Shown in pieces: positions 47,569-61,400 of a stretch of 64,000 nt of DNA. The notes beneath the pieces are model-generated. The model was given only the letters and a program-made list of their open reading frames with translations. It had not been told where the DNA came from and ran no database searches. Where the stretch lies: positions 1,044,689 to 1,108,688 of the forward strand of contig CM074809.1 in assembly GCA_037447605.1 (NCBI GenBank), in the 5' to 3' direction. The translations under genes were made by a program, and so were the position numbers. This DNA comes from Zygnema circumcarinatum SAG 698-1b. Its lineage: Eukaryota > Plantae > Zygnematophyceae. Each line of letters begins with the position of its first letter. Within the stretch, counting starts at the first letter, position 1.

Positions 47569-50500
47569 TTACGCTTCTTTCTTGCGTCTGCCCACTCTGG
47601 CAACAAAACCGGCCTTGATTGGCGCGACAGACCGCACCGAGCCGCACTGCACCCATGCCCACAATTTCCACCAAGAGGACAAGGCAATGTCACTTATCTG
47701 CAAACCAAGGTAACTCTAAATCCTGAGCATCGTAAATAAACCATTTCAAGGAGGACTTGCTACAATACGGCAAGCAGGGCGATTACATGAACACCGAAAG
47801 AAAAGCTCACCTGTTCACATCGGAGGAAGAAAAGACGATTTTCCTTTGACAAAATAGTATCTGGAGACTTGCATCCACTGCACATCACATACTCATCTGC
47901 AGAACGGAAAAAAACATGGAGAAAATAAACATCAGTGAACACAAAAAAGGATCTTTCACAGAAATGCTACGCCCATGAACAGTAAAGTTTCTCCAAGAGC
48001 CTGTAAGGAACGTTCACTGGTCTTGATGAATTGACAAGGCAGATGACATACAACAAAGCACGAGTGAAAAACATATGAGAACAAAAAGTCCGGCAAAAGT
48101 CACAAAAAAACTAATCGAGGGCAGCGATTGGAGTTACCGTACCATCTGCCCAGCTTTCCACTTTGAATAGACAAATAAAAAATGTTAGCAAAGTGCTTGA
48201 CTTACTGACGTAACGCCGCAAAATACCCTCAAAATTTTTAGGAACAAATCGCCCTTTGACAACCAGCCGCTGTTGACCATCAAGGGAACCGCTGGTTCCC
48301 AACTCAGCTAGAAGGAAGGCCATCACATGCTCCGGCTGCCGATGCATTCTGCAATCACACAAGACCATCCCAAGCTGGAATCAGGCGTGGAAAATCTTAA
48401 GGTGGCTGAACTCCCCATTCAGAGCCATAATCTATCAAAATAGAAGTGTAGGTAACGAATACAGTAAGCACAAGGTTGCAAAATCATATCTGATAAGTAC
48501 TAAAAATGAAATGCGGAGAAATAGACATAATATGTTTAGTGTAAACAAAACCGCGCCCAGTGTCTCAAGGTCCCACAAAAGTTTTCTAAAAGATGCAGAG
48601 AAGAAGAGTAAATCATTCCATCAGCCATTACACGAAAGGGTAAAGTTCACTTGAAAACTGCACATTTTCCAATCCAAAGAAAAACTTACGTTTTGCAAAG
48701 GTCCATAAAGTTCACGAAAACGGTCTTCTTGGTTCCTTCACGCAGAACCTGAGGGGGTCTCATGATAGTTCTACGTTTTTCTCCAGCAAGCTCAGGGTTG
48801 TTTTCACGAAGAATGTTGAACACACGGTCCAATAACTGCACAATACAAAGTCTTGCCTCTTAAGTCTTCAGCGTTCAAGTTGACAGACACATTGCATGAA
48901 CAGCTATCAAATCAAAATATTAATCGATTGCTTAACCCACAAACTTAGGATCAGGCTATTTCATCCCGATACTTGATTGGAAAACATTTAGCGTACAAAT
49001 CTGAATGTCACATACATACATGCAAATCAATCACATACAGCAAAGTAACAAACACTCGCTAGGTGATACCTCTTCATAGACGTAGTCCCGGTCTGTACCC
49101 TCCCAAGGGAGTCGTGGTGTTAAATCAATTGGTTCTGCCTCCTCATCGTCCTCCTCATCAATGTCTAGACATGTCAAAAACAAATGCAGCTTTTGAAAGT
49201 CAGAACAAAAACAAAATTTTACAGTTTTGCTATTCAATGTTTTGTTTGTTCAACAGAAATGTCCCGCCATGAAAGTGGCTGCTCGTCAAACCAAAGCCCC
49301 TTCGTGCCTCTCTGGCAGCAGCCCCTCGATTCAGATTCCGAAACTCTGATGGTTACCTTCTTCATTTCTTTCGAGCTCCTCTTCATCAGGAATTTCATCT
49401 TCCACTGGTCGTCGGCTCTTCGACTTCTTCTTCTTTTCTGGAAGGATGGCACCTTCCGCCAACTCGTCAACTGCCTCATCCTTCAGCTCTTCGCCTTCCT
49501 CGACTCCTCCACCAACTTCCGCAGCTGCAGATGTATCATCGGATACTTCTTTCGCAGCTTCGCCTTCGGCCTGACCCGCATCATCCAAAGGATTGATGTC
49601 AACATATTCATGTGCACAAAGGAACTCGTCCAGCATCAACCCTCTTGTGCTTGGTACCTGTCTTCTTGAAAAAATACCACTAAGTTGCAGCGTGCAGGCC
49701 TAAGCAAAGCACCATCACTTGCACGAAAACTAAGAGTTGCCGGGTCAGTCAGTACGAGTGAAAGTCATGAATCTGTGGTTTTTGACGGGCAAATTCGTTT
49801 TTGAAGCATGATTAATTTCTTTTAGCGGAAGAATGAGTTTGACTTACCGGCTCGCCGACTCTCGCCTTCAGCGGCTTCTTCTTTTTAAGCCCCGAAAAGG
49901 GAGCATCGGACTCACCAGCGTCAGCAACTGCAGTAGGAGAGAAACTACCGGGTTAACAACGTCATGATCGTAAAGTCCACTAGCTCAGTATTCACTGTCC
50001 GTTGGCAATGACGAGGAGCAGCTTGTCATAACGTTCACTACTGTTTGCAAGTTCCTTTGATGAAGTTTATACAACGATAATCCGGTCATATATAAGAAAA
50101 ATACATAATCAGAAAACAATCAAGCAGGCTCAGAACACGAAAAGTATAGGTTCAATGCATTGAAGTCGTAGTGACATAACTAGAACAAGAAGGCAGATTT
50201 CTCAAGAAAGAAAACCAAATTCATGCAAAAGGTTAAAGTCGGAACAGACTGGACGAAGTTTCCGGCTTCGCAGCGACTTGAGATGCTTCTGGCACGTCCT
50301 CTACGGTTCTATCCTTCTTCTTCTTCTTTCTCCTCGCCGGGTCGAAGTTCCCAGCCTGCCCGCACCAATCCACCCAAAACATGCAAGTCTGAAGATAAAG
50401 GAGCAACAGAAAGATCAATAGTAGCAATATCCTACTTTCAGCACGGCGCATAGAAGCTTCAATTCCTTAAAACTCCTTGAGAACAACAAACACAATGAGG

Positions 50501-50593
50501 AAAACGCGTGACAGACAAATCAAATTGACATACCTGATCCTTGCTAACTTCATCCTTCGCATCAATAATCGCCTCTGCTTCCGGGTCCGCCAT
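47569..50593 (-). CDS. EIF2S2: Translation initiation factor eIF2 beta subunit
   Basis: N-terminal poly-Lys boxes, [13 protein letters not shown]|LLDRVF...[30 protein letters not shown], and a C4 zinc site CSGC...CEQ|CG. Confidence 0.96.
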
Positions 50594-53012
50594 CCTGCTG
50601 CTCTATCCCTTCCCTGCACTCAAAATCCCTCAAACAAACGTCCGAAACCTAACTTTCTTCCAACGCGCCACTAATCTCCCAAACAATAATCACCCCCTTG
50701 CAGAACCACAATATCACGCTTCCAAGAAAGCGCTCCTCCAAGAGATTATGGCTGCTGCTGCAACCCTGCCGCGCTGTTCGGAAATTTCTAATCCGCAGCA
50801 ATTTTATAGAAAGGCAGCTTGAAAGGGTTTAAGTTTGTACCTTGGGAAAAAATATTGCAAAGGTGGTCATCTGTCACATGGCCACAGTTCCGTTTTTTAG
50901 ACAGTCGAACTGTAATTGAGCAGTAATGCTTCACGATAAACAAGTAATTTGCTACGGAACTGTGTGAAACTGTGAAGATCTATGCTATTTGTACGCATTC
51001 TCCGCTCGTGGTTTCCCGAATTTGCCAATTTGCGAGTCGAAAAAAAAGGTGCCGCCGAGCAGACGTGCCCGCCACGAAAACATTTCGTTTTCTTTTTAGT
51101 GCGAAATTTGGGCACGTCCGATCGGCGGTACCTTTCGTGCCCGAAAATATTTCAACCAATCGAATGCATTTCGTACAATTAGAAAAGTTTTCTTAATGTG
51201 CAGGTCTATCCATAAAATATTTCTTCAATGGTCCTCCGTCGCACACCGGGGAGGGACTTAGCCCCGTCAGAATTTTTAAAAGCTGTTAGCCACTGATCGG
51301 CTTTGAGGTTGAATAGCAGAAATACAGTCGAATATCATATTTATTTCCCAACTCACTGGTCAGGCCCCTCCCCTTCACCCTTCTAAACTAAAGACCCTGG
51401 ATCCGCCCCTGATTGAAATTGCAAAAGTTCTTCCTATGACGAAAACCAGAGCGCAGTCATTAATAGTGTTGTCGTTCCTTTTCAAAACCGTAAATTATCC
51501 CGAAGCATGGCTGTCAATTGCCGGGGATGCTAAGGTTGTATGCCCTCTGGCATCAAACAATTTTCCAAGTGGAAAAATCGAGGCTTGATCAAAGTGGCGG
51601 CGAAGAAACCTTGTCACTGTCAGATAGGGTCGATCTGTGCGGCTGCAAGTTCGACCAGTAGAGTGAAGTGTGAAAACCGTAGCCCGTCCCGATATAATTG
51701 CTGATGCCATCATGATGGCAACATACCGACACTTGAATCCAAGGCATTCCAGGATAGTCCAAATCCCCGTCTCAATGGCCAACTCATTACCAACTCGTTC
51801 AGATAGGACACACCCTACAATCATCATCAGCTTTAGACTCTCTAGCTTCGATTTAGCCGAGTCGAGTCTGCGTCGAGCTCAAGTTAAGTCGAGTCAAAGT
51901 CAAATGAAATCAGCACACAGATAAAGCTTCCGACTGACCAAGGACATGGCAGTAGGGTCCATACAGCACTAGCAAGGCCTGACCAAACCTATTTGCGCTC
52001 AAAGAGACGGACTACAACAGGGCCACAGCTGTGTGACTGTGCTTCATGGCACACCTATAATGAACAGAACTGCTCTGAACTCTGGACTACACCTTCTGCA
52101 CCACGCAGAGTTCTGACGCCATATCTCACAACACAGCCGACCAAAGCCTCAAACAAAGCAAAAGAGTCGTACGCCTCTTCTTATAAAGTCGCAGCATCAG
52201 CTCCTTACTCGGCTAAGCACGGGATTGCCAAACGGATTGGCTAAAGGAACACTAAGGATCACTCATTTGTGCATCTTCCTGATTAAACCAATAGGAAGAC
52301 AGTAAGTAGCTTGTATCGGCTGCATCCACCATTAGGCCCCTGGCTCCCTCTTTCACGTGTCTTCCACGAGCGCTGCATTGAGAGCTCTAGTCACGAACTG
52401 GCTTGAGGCGCTTTAGTCAGAGGACCGGCTAATGAGGGCGTAGCTTTGCGTGCACTACTTCAAACATATCCAGTTTACGTCAATCCGCTCCACACAGCTA
52501 TGCACAGAACTTCACAAGACACTCTGCATCCAACAACGCTCCAACCCGCCAGTCTGCAGAAACAACAACGAGACAACGAAATGGATCCCGGTGAACAAAT
52601 CTAAAACTATTCATGTTCCCCAACAGGCATGTTCATCACAGCTCACTAAAAGTTTTTTTTTGCCAATCCTGGGAACCTCACAAGGTACTGCAAGCACTCT
52701 TACTAAACCAAACACCAAAGAATAAACTAAGTGGGCTGAGAAATGTGCCATAGAGACGAGGCGTACGCCAAGAACATTAGATAAGGGATGAAGTTGCATT
52801 TCCCTTCATCATTCTCCTCAAAATGAACGTTATCAGACTTCCACTAAGACGCCCTGACATCAGATTATGCACAACCTCTCCTTGGCTACTGAAGTGTAGA
52901 GGTTGGGTCCCAAGCCAGAAAACATTCACCCGCTAGCTTTAGCCATACATGCTTCACCTTGAGTGTGGACCCAAACTCGCTGCAAACTTCCCGAGATAGG
53001 AAGAATCTCAAA

Positions 53013-56000
53013 CTAATCTTCTCCGCTCAGCATCTGCTTCACAGAAACAAGTAGCATAGAAATAAATCTCAGAATGGATACAAACTCAGCTCAGTTAACC
53101 AGACAAAAAGTCATTTTCTGTAACAATGATACGGATGGTTCCTCAAGAAACGTGAAATGGAATTGATGTCCAAGAAAACCATCGCTTCCAGGAAACTACA
53201 GCCTGAAAGACTATTGCTCTCTCTAACGCATCCTCAAAAAAGAAAAATCACGTCACCCCCAATGCACACCATGTCAGACTCATGTTGCATACCTTCATAA
53301 TATCTCCAAGCATCCCCTGCATGCCTCCCGGCTTTGAGACTCCATAGAACCGCGCTGCAATCTCATCAAGATACTGCAATACCCACAGCAATCCATAGAA
53401 CATCCAGCACAAGAAAAATAAATTCATACTCTGGAACCACTCTTTAACTAACTGCAGGGAGTCAAGTGGACCTATTCTTCGGTAAATTGAGCAGGAGAGT
53501 CGACGTCTTCCAGACTTCTATATCTACATTCTTAATCACTGGTGTGCGCAAACTTACCTCACCAAAACTTGGATCCCGTTCAATACTAGGGCGATAACGA
53601 TTCCGCAACATCCGAAAGAGGGCAAGAGCGTCTCTTTCAAGTCTGAAAAACCCTTGACATGCTGTATCAGTTTCAACTCATACCATACGTCGACTCAATG
53701 AAGATCAGTTCAAGAACTTAGAGTCACCAACCTAAACGAAGCCACCAGAAAGACAACAAAAGCAAAAGCCCAAGCAAACCAAACCCGCCCGTGGTCTCTG
53801 ACTTTACGGCCATTTCCACGATGGTTGTGCTCTAATAGCGAAGAAATTGTCCAAACTGAGCCAGAACTATCCAAGCAATGGGGTATCATAGTAGATAGTA
53901 AACCATCTCAGTATGAACAGAACCTTTACTTCTTGAGCACATAGACCAAGCTGTCCAATAGTCCAAATTTATTGACCTATGTCAAGCTGTTTCAGTGTCA
54001 TATCAGTCAACTTATGGTTAAGAATGAAGCGTGTACGTCTCATGACCCATAGTATTTGATCAACTTGAGATGGAAGCTGATCACAGATAACTTCATTATC
54101 ATAGAAATGAGCATAACTGGGAGGTCCTATGGTGAAAATTTCCCGTTGTACATAGGGTGTAATTGACGTTTCTTATGACTTTTGCAATCAATGAATGTGA
54201 AAAATTATGGACTCTTACATCATTCTCATTCTCTCTGTTACTTCTCGTAACTCTGAATTCTAAAGCACATATTTTCCTCTTTTACGATCTAAAGCTGAGA
54301 AATCCTTTTTACTTTGCCAGCTCCTTCCATAAGTTGCGTGAGGAAACATATCTCAACTACAGACAAGGCCGTGAAGGAGCCAAGGGAAAAGACCAACGAC
54401 AGTAAGAAACTGACGAGAACATGGGCCTCAACGAGCTAGATCAAGAGCTCGTCCTTAGCAGAGCTTACGTCAAAAGGAGAAATTTGACGAAGTGCAAGAG
54501 AGGTGTGTCTGGGATGGGCGGAGCAGAAAATGATCTGGAGAGCTTCTGTAACTCCTCCATCAATCGGTTTGCATCTCTGAGATTACCAAGAACCAAGTAC
54601 CTGTGACCACATTTAGACATAAGAGTCAGCTCATTAGCCAATGAATCCCGCCACTATGATTCACTACCCGAAGCCAACAAGATTACACGATAAACTTTGG
54701 ACAAGTCAGACAGCATGACTTTGATTGAACTGTAGGAGAGACGCTGGTAAAGAAAGGAAGAAATGAGGAAAAGTGAGAAGACGAAGAGAGAGAAATGTCT
54801 CTGGGGAACTGGACTACTCTGTCTCCTTTGAGATATAAAGAGGGTCAAAATATGCCCTGGCCTAACATCATCAAGTTATCCATTGAGGCTACAGAAAGAA
54901 GAAAACTTACTGAAAGACTGCCCGTGTTATAATGAGATCCACCTCCCCCGGAAAGCACTGATTGGCAACAATAAAAAACATTCATATTAGCTATCCAACA
55001 GGAGCAAAAAACAAGAATAGAAGAATTTCCATTTGCGATGGGAGAAAAGGAAGCCGGACACAACTCAATACTTATCTGCGTAGCAGTGTGTTACGGTAAG
55101 CGGATATAGCCCCATATTCCAACAAAAATACTTCCAGTTCACAACCATCTAAACATTTAAGCACCTTGGGAAAATAACCAGATGTCGAAATGATTCATCA
55201 AGGACAAGGACCACTCTCGTAAGAAGTTAGGGTTCCACACCTTTTTCATGACGTCAGCAAGAGCTTTTGCAAACACATCCGGTCGATTCCCATGGACAAA
55301 GTGCTTCGCTGCAATCCCCAGGTCCTGGCAGGGGCCCAATTTCCATTGCAAGTCAGCGTGGCTCACACTCCTATTCCAAAATTATTAATTTAAGGCCCGA
55401 TAAGGATAAGGATATAAGGATATAGACTGAAAGATTGTTCTCAAACGGACAGAATTTCAGTGTTCATATTATTCTCATCTGCACAAAAACTATCAACAAG
55501 CCTGCTGCACCAATCAAGAGAAGTACCGAGTTACGCAAAACTGTACATCGCAAAGTAATCCTAATCGAGCTTTGAATAAGGGTCCAAAAAAGTTCCTACA
55601 TGCAAAACACACAGCAGACTGTCCGGACCATAGCCATACTTTAGTTGGAGACTGCGACCAGATGTACTCTGCCAGCATATCATGGATCTCGGGAGCACCG
55701 GAGGGAGGACCCCCATGGTTAGCAGACCACCTGCACAAAGCCCGATAGACAATAAGGAATTCAAATGGCCTAGCAATGCTCGTCTCCGCACCCCAAGCAA
55801 AAAGCTGGCTGGAGATGTTTCCCCACATCCACCAACGTGATGACAAATACAACAGCTCAGACAAGCAGGGATGCATTCAAGAGCAAGGGAGATATTTCAA
55901 ACATAACTGCAAAGACAGATTTGCCAGAACTTAACAGGAGGAGGGAGACAAGGGGTACAATTGACTGACTTGAGAGCAGCTTTTAGAAAAGCAGCACATG

Positions 56001-57894
56001 CGTCCAATCTAGCGGTTGCAGCAGCTTTCTTCTCATCTTTAATGTCAGAACCATTCTTCAATGCTGTTCGGTTTTCCTCAGACTTCTGCCCATCCTCACG
56101 AGTCTCCACTTCCTCTCGAGGGAAACTTCTATATATGGCCTCTATTTTTTCTGCAACCGTAAAAGCAAGAGAAGACTCAGAAGACATCAATAATTTCCCA
56201 TTGATATCTTCTCCACTGAGAAATGCAATCATTCAATAGACCATTAAATTCTGTAACGTTCTTCTCAATGCGTGACAAGCAAATCAGAAATGCTCTGCAA
56301 ACAAGCTTAACAAAGGCCACTTATTAACTGAGCTCTAGTTTGAAAACTTTGCTTCATGTGTAATCTGATCAACTGTGCAAGTGTCTCGCTCTTAGCCCCA
56401 CTGTTCTCCACGATGAAAAGAATTATCACCATAGTTTGAGAAGAAATCAGAGGCCTATGTTTATTTATGGATGTTGCAAGAAAAAACTTACCTAGAGATT
56501 CAGGATTAAGCTGAACCTTTAAAGTGTTGAAGGTTTCCACCATAACTACTCCAAGTTCCGAACCACAGGTCACCTGTCGCAGTATCAACCCCAAAAGCTT
56601 CACTCCACAAATTCAATGCCATGATTCACAGAGGAAAAGTCAAAGACGACAATGCATCCTATGCCACCATAGAATCTAGCAACTGAAATACGGTATCGGC
56701 CAGCGGTTCCTTCCAAAAAAGGAACTGCAGAAACATCACAAAGGCGAAAAAAGCAACCTAACCAGTTTCGCTCAAGTTGGAGCTGTGAGCACACACCTTT
56801 TCCTCACTTCTAAAGAAACGATGCAAAAGAACACTACCTAACAAAGAAACGAGAAGCTGCAAACAGACAAAAAATCCTTAAGGCGTTTTTTTTTTTTTTT
56901 GACCTCCATTCGTCCTCAGCAAGAGCTTGCTCAGAAACGTGCAAGGGAGTACCTGTCCATGCTTAAGCTGAATGCAGGCTCCAGAGAGCACAAGATCTAT
57001 GGCATCGCTGTGCTTCTTCTGTCCCATATACCTGCCAAAGTAATTTTTTGTTTTAACGGTCAATTTCAAACTGTGGATGGAAAAAATGGACCAAAAGACG
57101 GGCAGATAAAATGTGCACAACAAAGCAGACAAGCTAATCAGCTCATAAGCAACAACATCCTCAAAAGAAAACACAGAGAACGAGAGTCGCAGAGAAAATG
57201 AAAACGAGGTTGTTCCAATCACGTTTTATCGAGCACAGAAACATGAATCAAATGATATTTTGAACGGGAAGATTCATTAATATCATATAAACATGTCAAA
57301 AAACGCAATTTGCTGAAAAAACGAAACATGCCCCCCAACAAGAGAACTCAAACTTGGTCTACGAACATTCAATCTCCGGAGCATCCACGGGCGTCGAAAG
57401 GCAAGCGTCAGCCGTTCTTTCAGAAAAGGAAACTTTGAAAAGCATATGCAAGTATCTTCTAGGCAACATTTGCCCCAGCCTACCTTGCATGAACACTCTT
57501 GTACATTTGTTGAGCTTCGTAATAATTTCCAGCCTCGACACTCTTCTGAAGCTTCTCCACCATCTGCTCCAAAATGACAGAGCCAATATCGAAGCATACG
57601 CTTCATAATCTCTCCAAAACTTTGCATGCACAAAAAAACTAACATTCCAACATCACGACACAGGTAGCAACTGACGAAAGCATGATTCACATGCAGGCAA
57701 GCCACTGCAGATTCTTCCGTCCAGCTCAAATCTAAAATTCGATTTCCACCCAATCCTTGCGTGCAGAAACACCCTCCCGTGCAAAGGCGACTTTCAAACT
57801 GAAACGCAACGATGTTTCCTGTTGCTGCAAAAACATCGCTGGTCATGCAATGCGCGCTGTGACGCACCTTGCTTGTTCCTGCTGAGACCGCCAT
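53013..57894 (-). CDS. GET4: Golgi-to-ER traffic protein 4 (tail-anchored protein targeting)
   Basis: Many small exons, several missed by the ORF track: MAVSAGTSK|MVEKLQKSVEAGNYYEAQQMYKS, SGACIQLKHGQ|VTCGSEL, WSANHGGPPSGAPEIH, KHFVHG, CFPGEVDLIITRAV, YLVLGNLRDAN, LERDALALFRMLR..Y..SIERDP, YLDEIAARFYG, MLSGED*. Confidence 0.93.
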
Positions 57895-58470
57895 CTCTCC
57901 GCCCTCGCAATGCCCTCCCTCTGCAATCCGCCAGCTGACACCTGCCACTCTCTCCCTCCCTCCCTCGCACCTCCAGACCCTCCCTCCCTGATGGACATGG
58001 ACTTGCAGACGTGACACGATGTCACGCCGCACCGGTGGTTCCGTGTACGGACTTGCCGCCCCCCCACGCGACTCGCCTCCTGCGAAAAATGGACAAATAA
58101 TTTTCCAACCAAAACGCGCCACGTGTACATATATGTACACGTGGCAAGATTTCATTGGCGGATGCCCCGGCAGACGCGCGCAAACTGGAGGCGAGGCCGT
58201 TGGAGAGAGGGAGGAGCGTGCGGGGAGGCGGAGGAGGAGCCATGGGGCCATGGCAGGCCAGGCCATGGCGAGGGGAGGCGAGGGGAATGGAAGGGCTGTG
58301 CAGATCAGACTGAATGAATGCTTTAGGGCACGCTGTGGTTAGGGTTAGCGCCGCTTGAGGAACATTAATTAGGGTTAGGCTAGAGAGGGAGAGAGGGGGG
58401 TTGACCCACATTTCTGAAAAGCGGGAGCAAAGCTGGGCTGGAAGGAGGAAGAGGGAGGGAGTGAGAGGAG

Positions 58471-61400
58471 ATGAGAGGCGGGAAGTTTCAGCAGAAGGCG
58501 GCGGATGCGGGCAGCGCGCGCAATGCCGAGGGGCTGTTTGAGACGCGCAGCGTGGCGGAGATACGCGAGGTGGAGGCTCGCACGCGGCGCGACATTGAGG
58601 AGAAGAAGGAGGAGCTGCGGCAGCTGGTGGGAGCGAGCTACCGTGATCTCATCGAGTCCGCAGATTCCATCCTTGCCATGCGGAGGTCAGTGCAGATCAA
58701 AGTCTTCTTTTCGGCTCTGGCCGAGCTGCTGTTATCTGCATGTGTCCCGGTTACAGGAAGCGCAGCTTATTGTTGTCCCGATTGATAGGGCGTTGCAGTA
58801 AATAGTTAAGGGGATAGGGAAGTTTTAGGTCTAGATGGAGCACGGGAGGTCTGTTGATCTTGAGTTTCCCAATCGTGAGCTCTCACAAACTTTGGAACGG
58901 GTTGAGTTGCGTCAATGTACGTAGGGAATGCGACGCTGCAATAAACAGAATATGAATATTGTGTTTGAAGTTGAGACATATTGGAGACATGAGTTTAGGT
59001 TATGGCGACACAATAGTAGATCCCATGTTTTGAGTTGAGGCGACTTCCGTTCAGTAGTTATAACACTAGGGTACTCGTTTTGTGGTCTGCATTTAAAGAT
59101 GTTTGCTCCATGGAGACCTTGGTCCGCTATCCCACATTCGCACGAGTTTCCTCTTGTCATTTTTGCAAAATTCTTGACCTGACTTTCGACAAGGGCATCC
59201 TTTTGCATGATCAAGGTTTGCAGTAGATTTATGGCCTCGTAGATTCTTGTGAAATTTTCAGGAGGTACTGAGATGCAAGGGGTGGCTTTGGAAAGGCCCT
59301 CTCTGCTTGAAGGTTCCGTTAGTATTAAGAGGAAGTAAAAGCATGCACTGTTTCCCTTTTAGCACCATGCATTCCCATGTAACGCAGTTTCCCACTGCAG
59401 TTCACAGATGCAGTTGTTCTCAACCGATGAGTATCACTTTTCTTTTCTAGTAGTAGGACACTACTTGCATGCGTCAATCGATGTTAAAGGAGACGATAAT
59501 AATTCACCATAAGGCCAGTTGCGGATGTGCTTGTGAATTAGCTTAGCTCTTTCTTGTTGGACAAGAGCAGTCTTATCCTTACAATGGGACAAATTCATTA
59601 TATTTACTGCATTGTGGCGAAGGAAGGGTTGGAAATGAAAGGCTTGAAATCATTCTGGCGTGCAGATCTTGCGAGGCAGTGATGGCCAACATAGTGCACA
59701 TGGAGGAGAATTTTGCCACTCTCCAGAACAGCATTTCAACATCTGCTCCAGCGCAGGGGATGGATGAACTCCGCCAGGTACAGAACCAGTGTATCAACTA
59801 TCTACTCGCCCATACTTCCTTATCCCGTATTCCTGAGGTTATGGGAAGATGCCTGAACTTCAGTCCTCATCGTGCTGTCGTATAAATCGCATGATGCTTA
59901 GAGTCCCAGAAGTTACAATATCCTATTGCATTTCATCCGCAAACCTGACCCGAAGTGTCTGCAAACTGACCTTCTAGCAGGTCAGTTTTATTCCTGTTTT
60001 GCTATTTAGTCCCTCTGAAATCTGGAATCTGTTCCCTTCTCTTTTTCATTCCCTTATCCTCAGGGTGGCCTATAAACTGAATGGATGCCCCTTTTCGTAG
60101 CCATTGGCTGGGCTGTCCATTACAACCTTTACAGTTGTAGCTTCACCAGTGTCGGTGGCCATGGTGTCCCAACCTCCAGCACTCCCTAGAAGTTGAATGT
60201 ATAGCCAACAATTCATCATGCACAGTGTCTGCCTTCTAGACCATTTTGCGCCCCTCACGTGGGACGCACTTTTATCGGAGTAGAGTTTTTCGTTGTAGTC
60301 CACTTAAGTATAATCTCATTTTTCTGCTTTCCCTGTGCACAAAACTGTGTTTTCATAGTTTTTTGATGTCGGAAAATGTTGTCTACAAGGAACGAAAGCC
60401 TGAGCATTGTCTCACTTCACCTTTTGTGCTGTGCAGAGACGGGAAAGGTTGTATGACGTAGGCTCTCGTGTGAAATACTTGGTTGACACGCCCGAGAAGA
60501 TCTGGGGATGCTTAGATGAAGATATGTATTTGGAGGGAGCTGAGAGGTATATGAGGGCAGGCGAAGTCCATACGCTCCTCACAGCTGCTGATAATGGAGA
60601 ACAAAAAGAGCTGTTGGCATCATTTCCACTGCTAAGACATCAATGGCCACTTGTGGAGACCTTCAAAAACCAGGTGAGGAGTTGAGGGCAAGAGAGAGAG
60701 CGCAAATAATAGTGGTCTCCTTAACTGGTGAAGCTAGTCAAGATGTCCAACTAGGTTGTCTGAAGTTACTGTCAACATTGGCCGAGGCTGGCAATTCATC
60801 TGACCATTTATGAAAGTACGGGGAAACAGATATCGCAGAGGAGTCGAGATCGATTGCAGGAGATGGGGCTGAAGGTGGAACAATATGCGGTGGCCTTGGC
60901 GGGGGCAGTCGTGATTGATAATTTGAACTCAGCTCAAATTTTTGCTTTCTTTCTAGAGTCTCGTCGAACATGGGTTCGGGCCCAGGTGAGTAATCGCTTC
61001 AAGAAACAGCACTTCTTTGCATTTCATAAAACAAAGTCCATTTCTGAGCGCACATCCCCTCTCTCGTTTACCTTTCCTCACCTACGTGCAACAGGCATTG
61101 TTCAGCCGATGTTTCCATGTTACCATAAACTGAACAGTCATCCTTTCTTACTCGTCCTTCCTTCTGTTGTATAGCTTCGAGCCGCTACAGGTCGCTTCGG
61201 TGGAGCAGCTACAGCTGTGCTACAGGAGGGTGACGTGAATGCAAGTCTTTCTCCAGATGCGGCCAATGTAGCCGCTTCCCTGTGCCGTTTAGTTTCCGTC
61301 ATACAGCAGTCGCTCTGCCATGCAGGAGAACTGTTCTTAGAAGTTTCCACTGGGAAGATGCCTCTCCTTTTTGGGACAGTCCTTGTAGCAATGCCGGGGT

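Noticed and set aside
51397-51411. CTGGATCCGCCCCTG resembling a transposon TIR
   Set aside because: No partner inverted end was found nearby, so no element can be delimited.
52880-52990. LINE ORF1-like peptide (HVWLKLAG) on the minus strand
   Set aside because: Short and stop-bounded with no other LINE motifs. The adjacent ORF-free region is explained by small GET4 exons and its 3' UTR.
54466-54600. Apparent frameshift in GET4
   Set aside because: Careful re-reading gives an intact frame (DTPLLHFVKFLLLT|LERDA).
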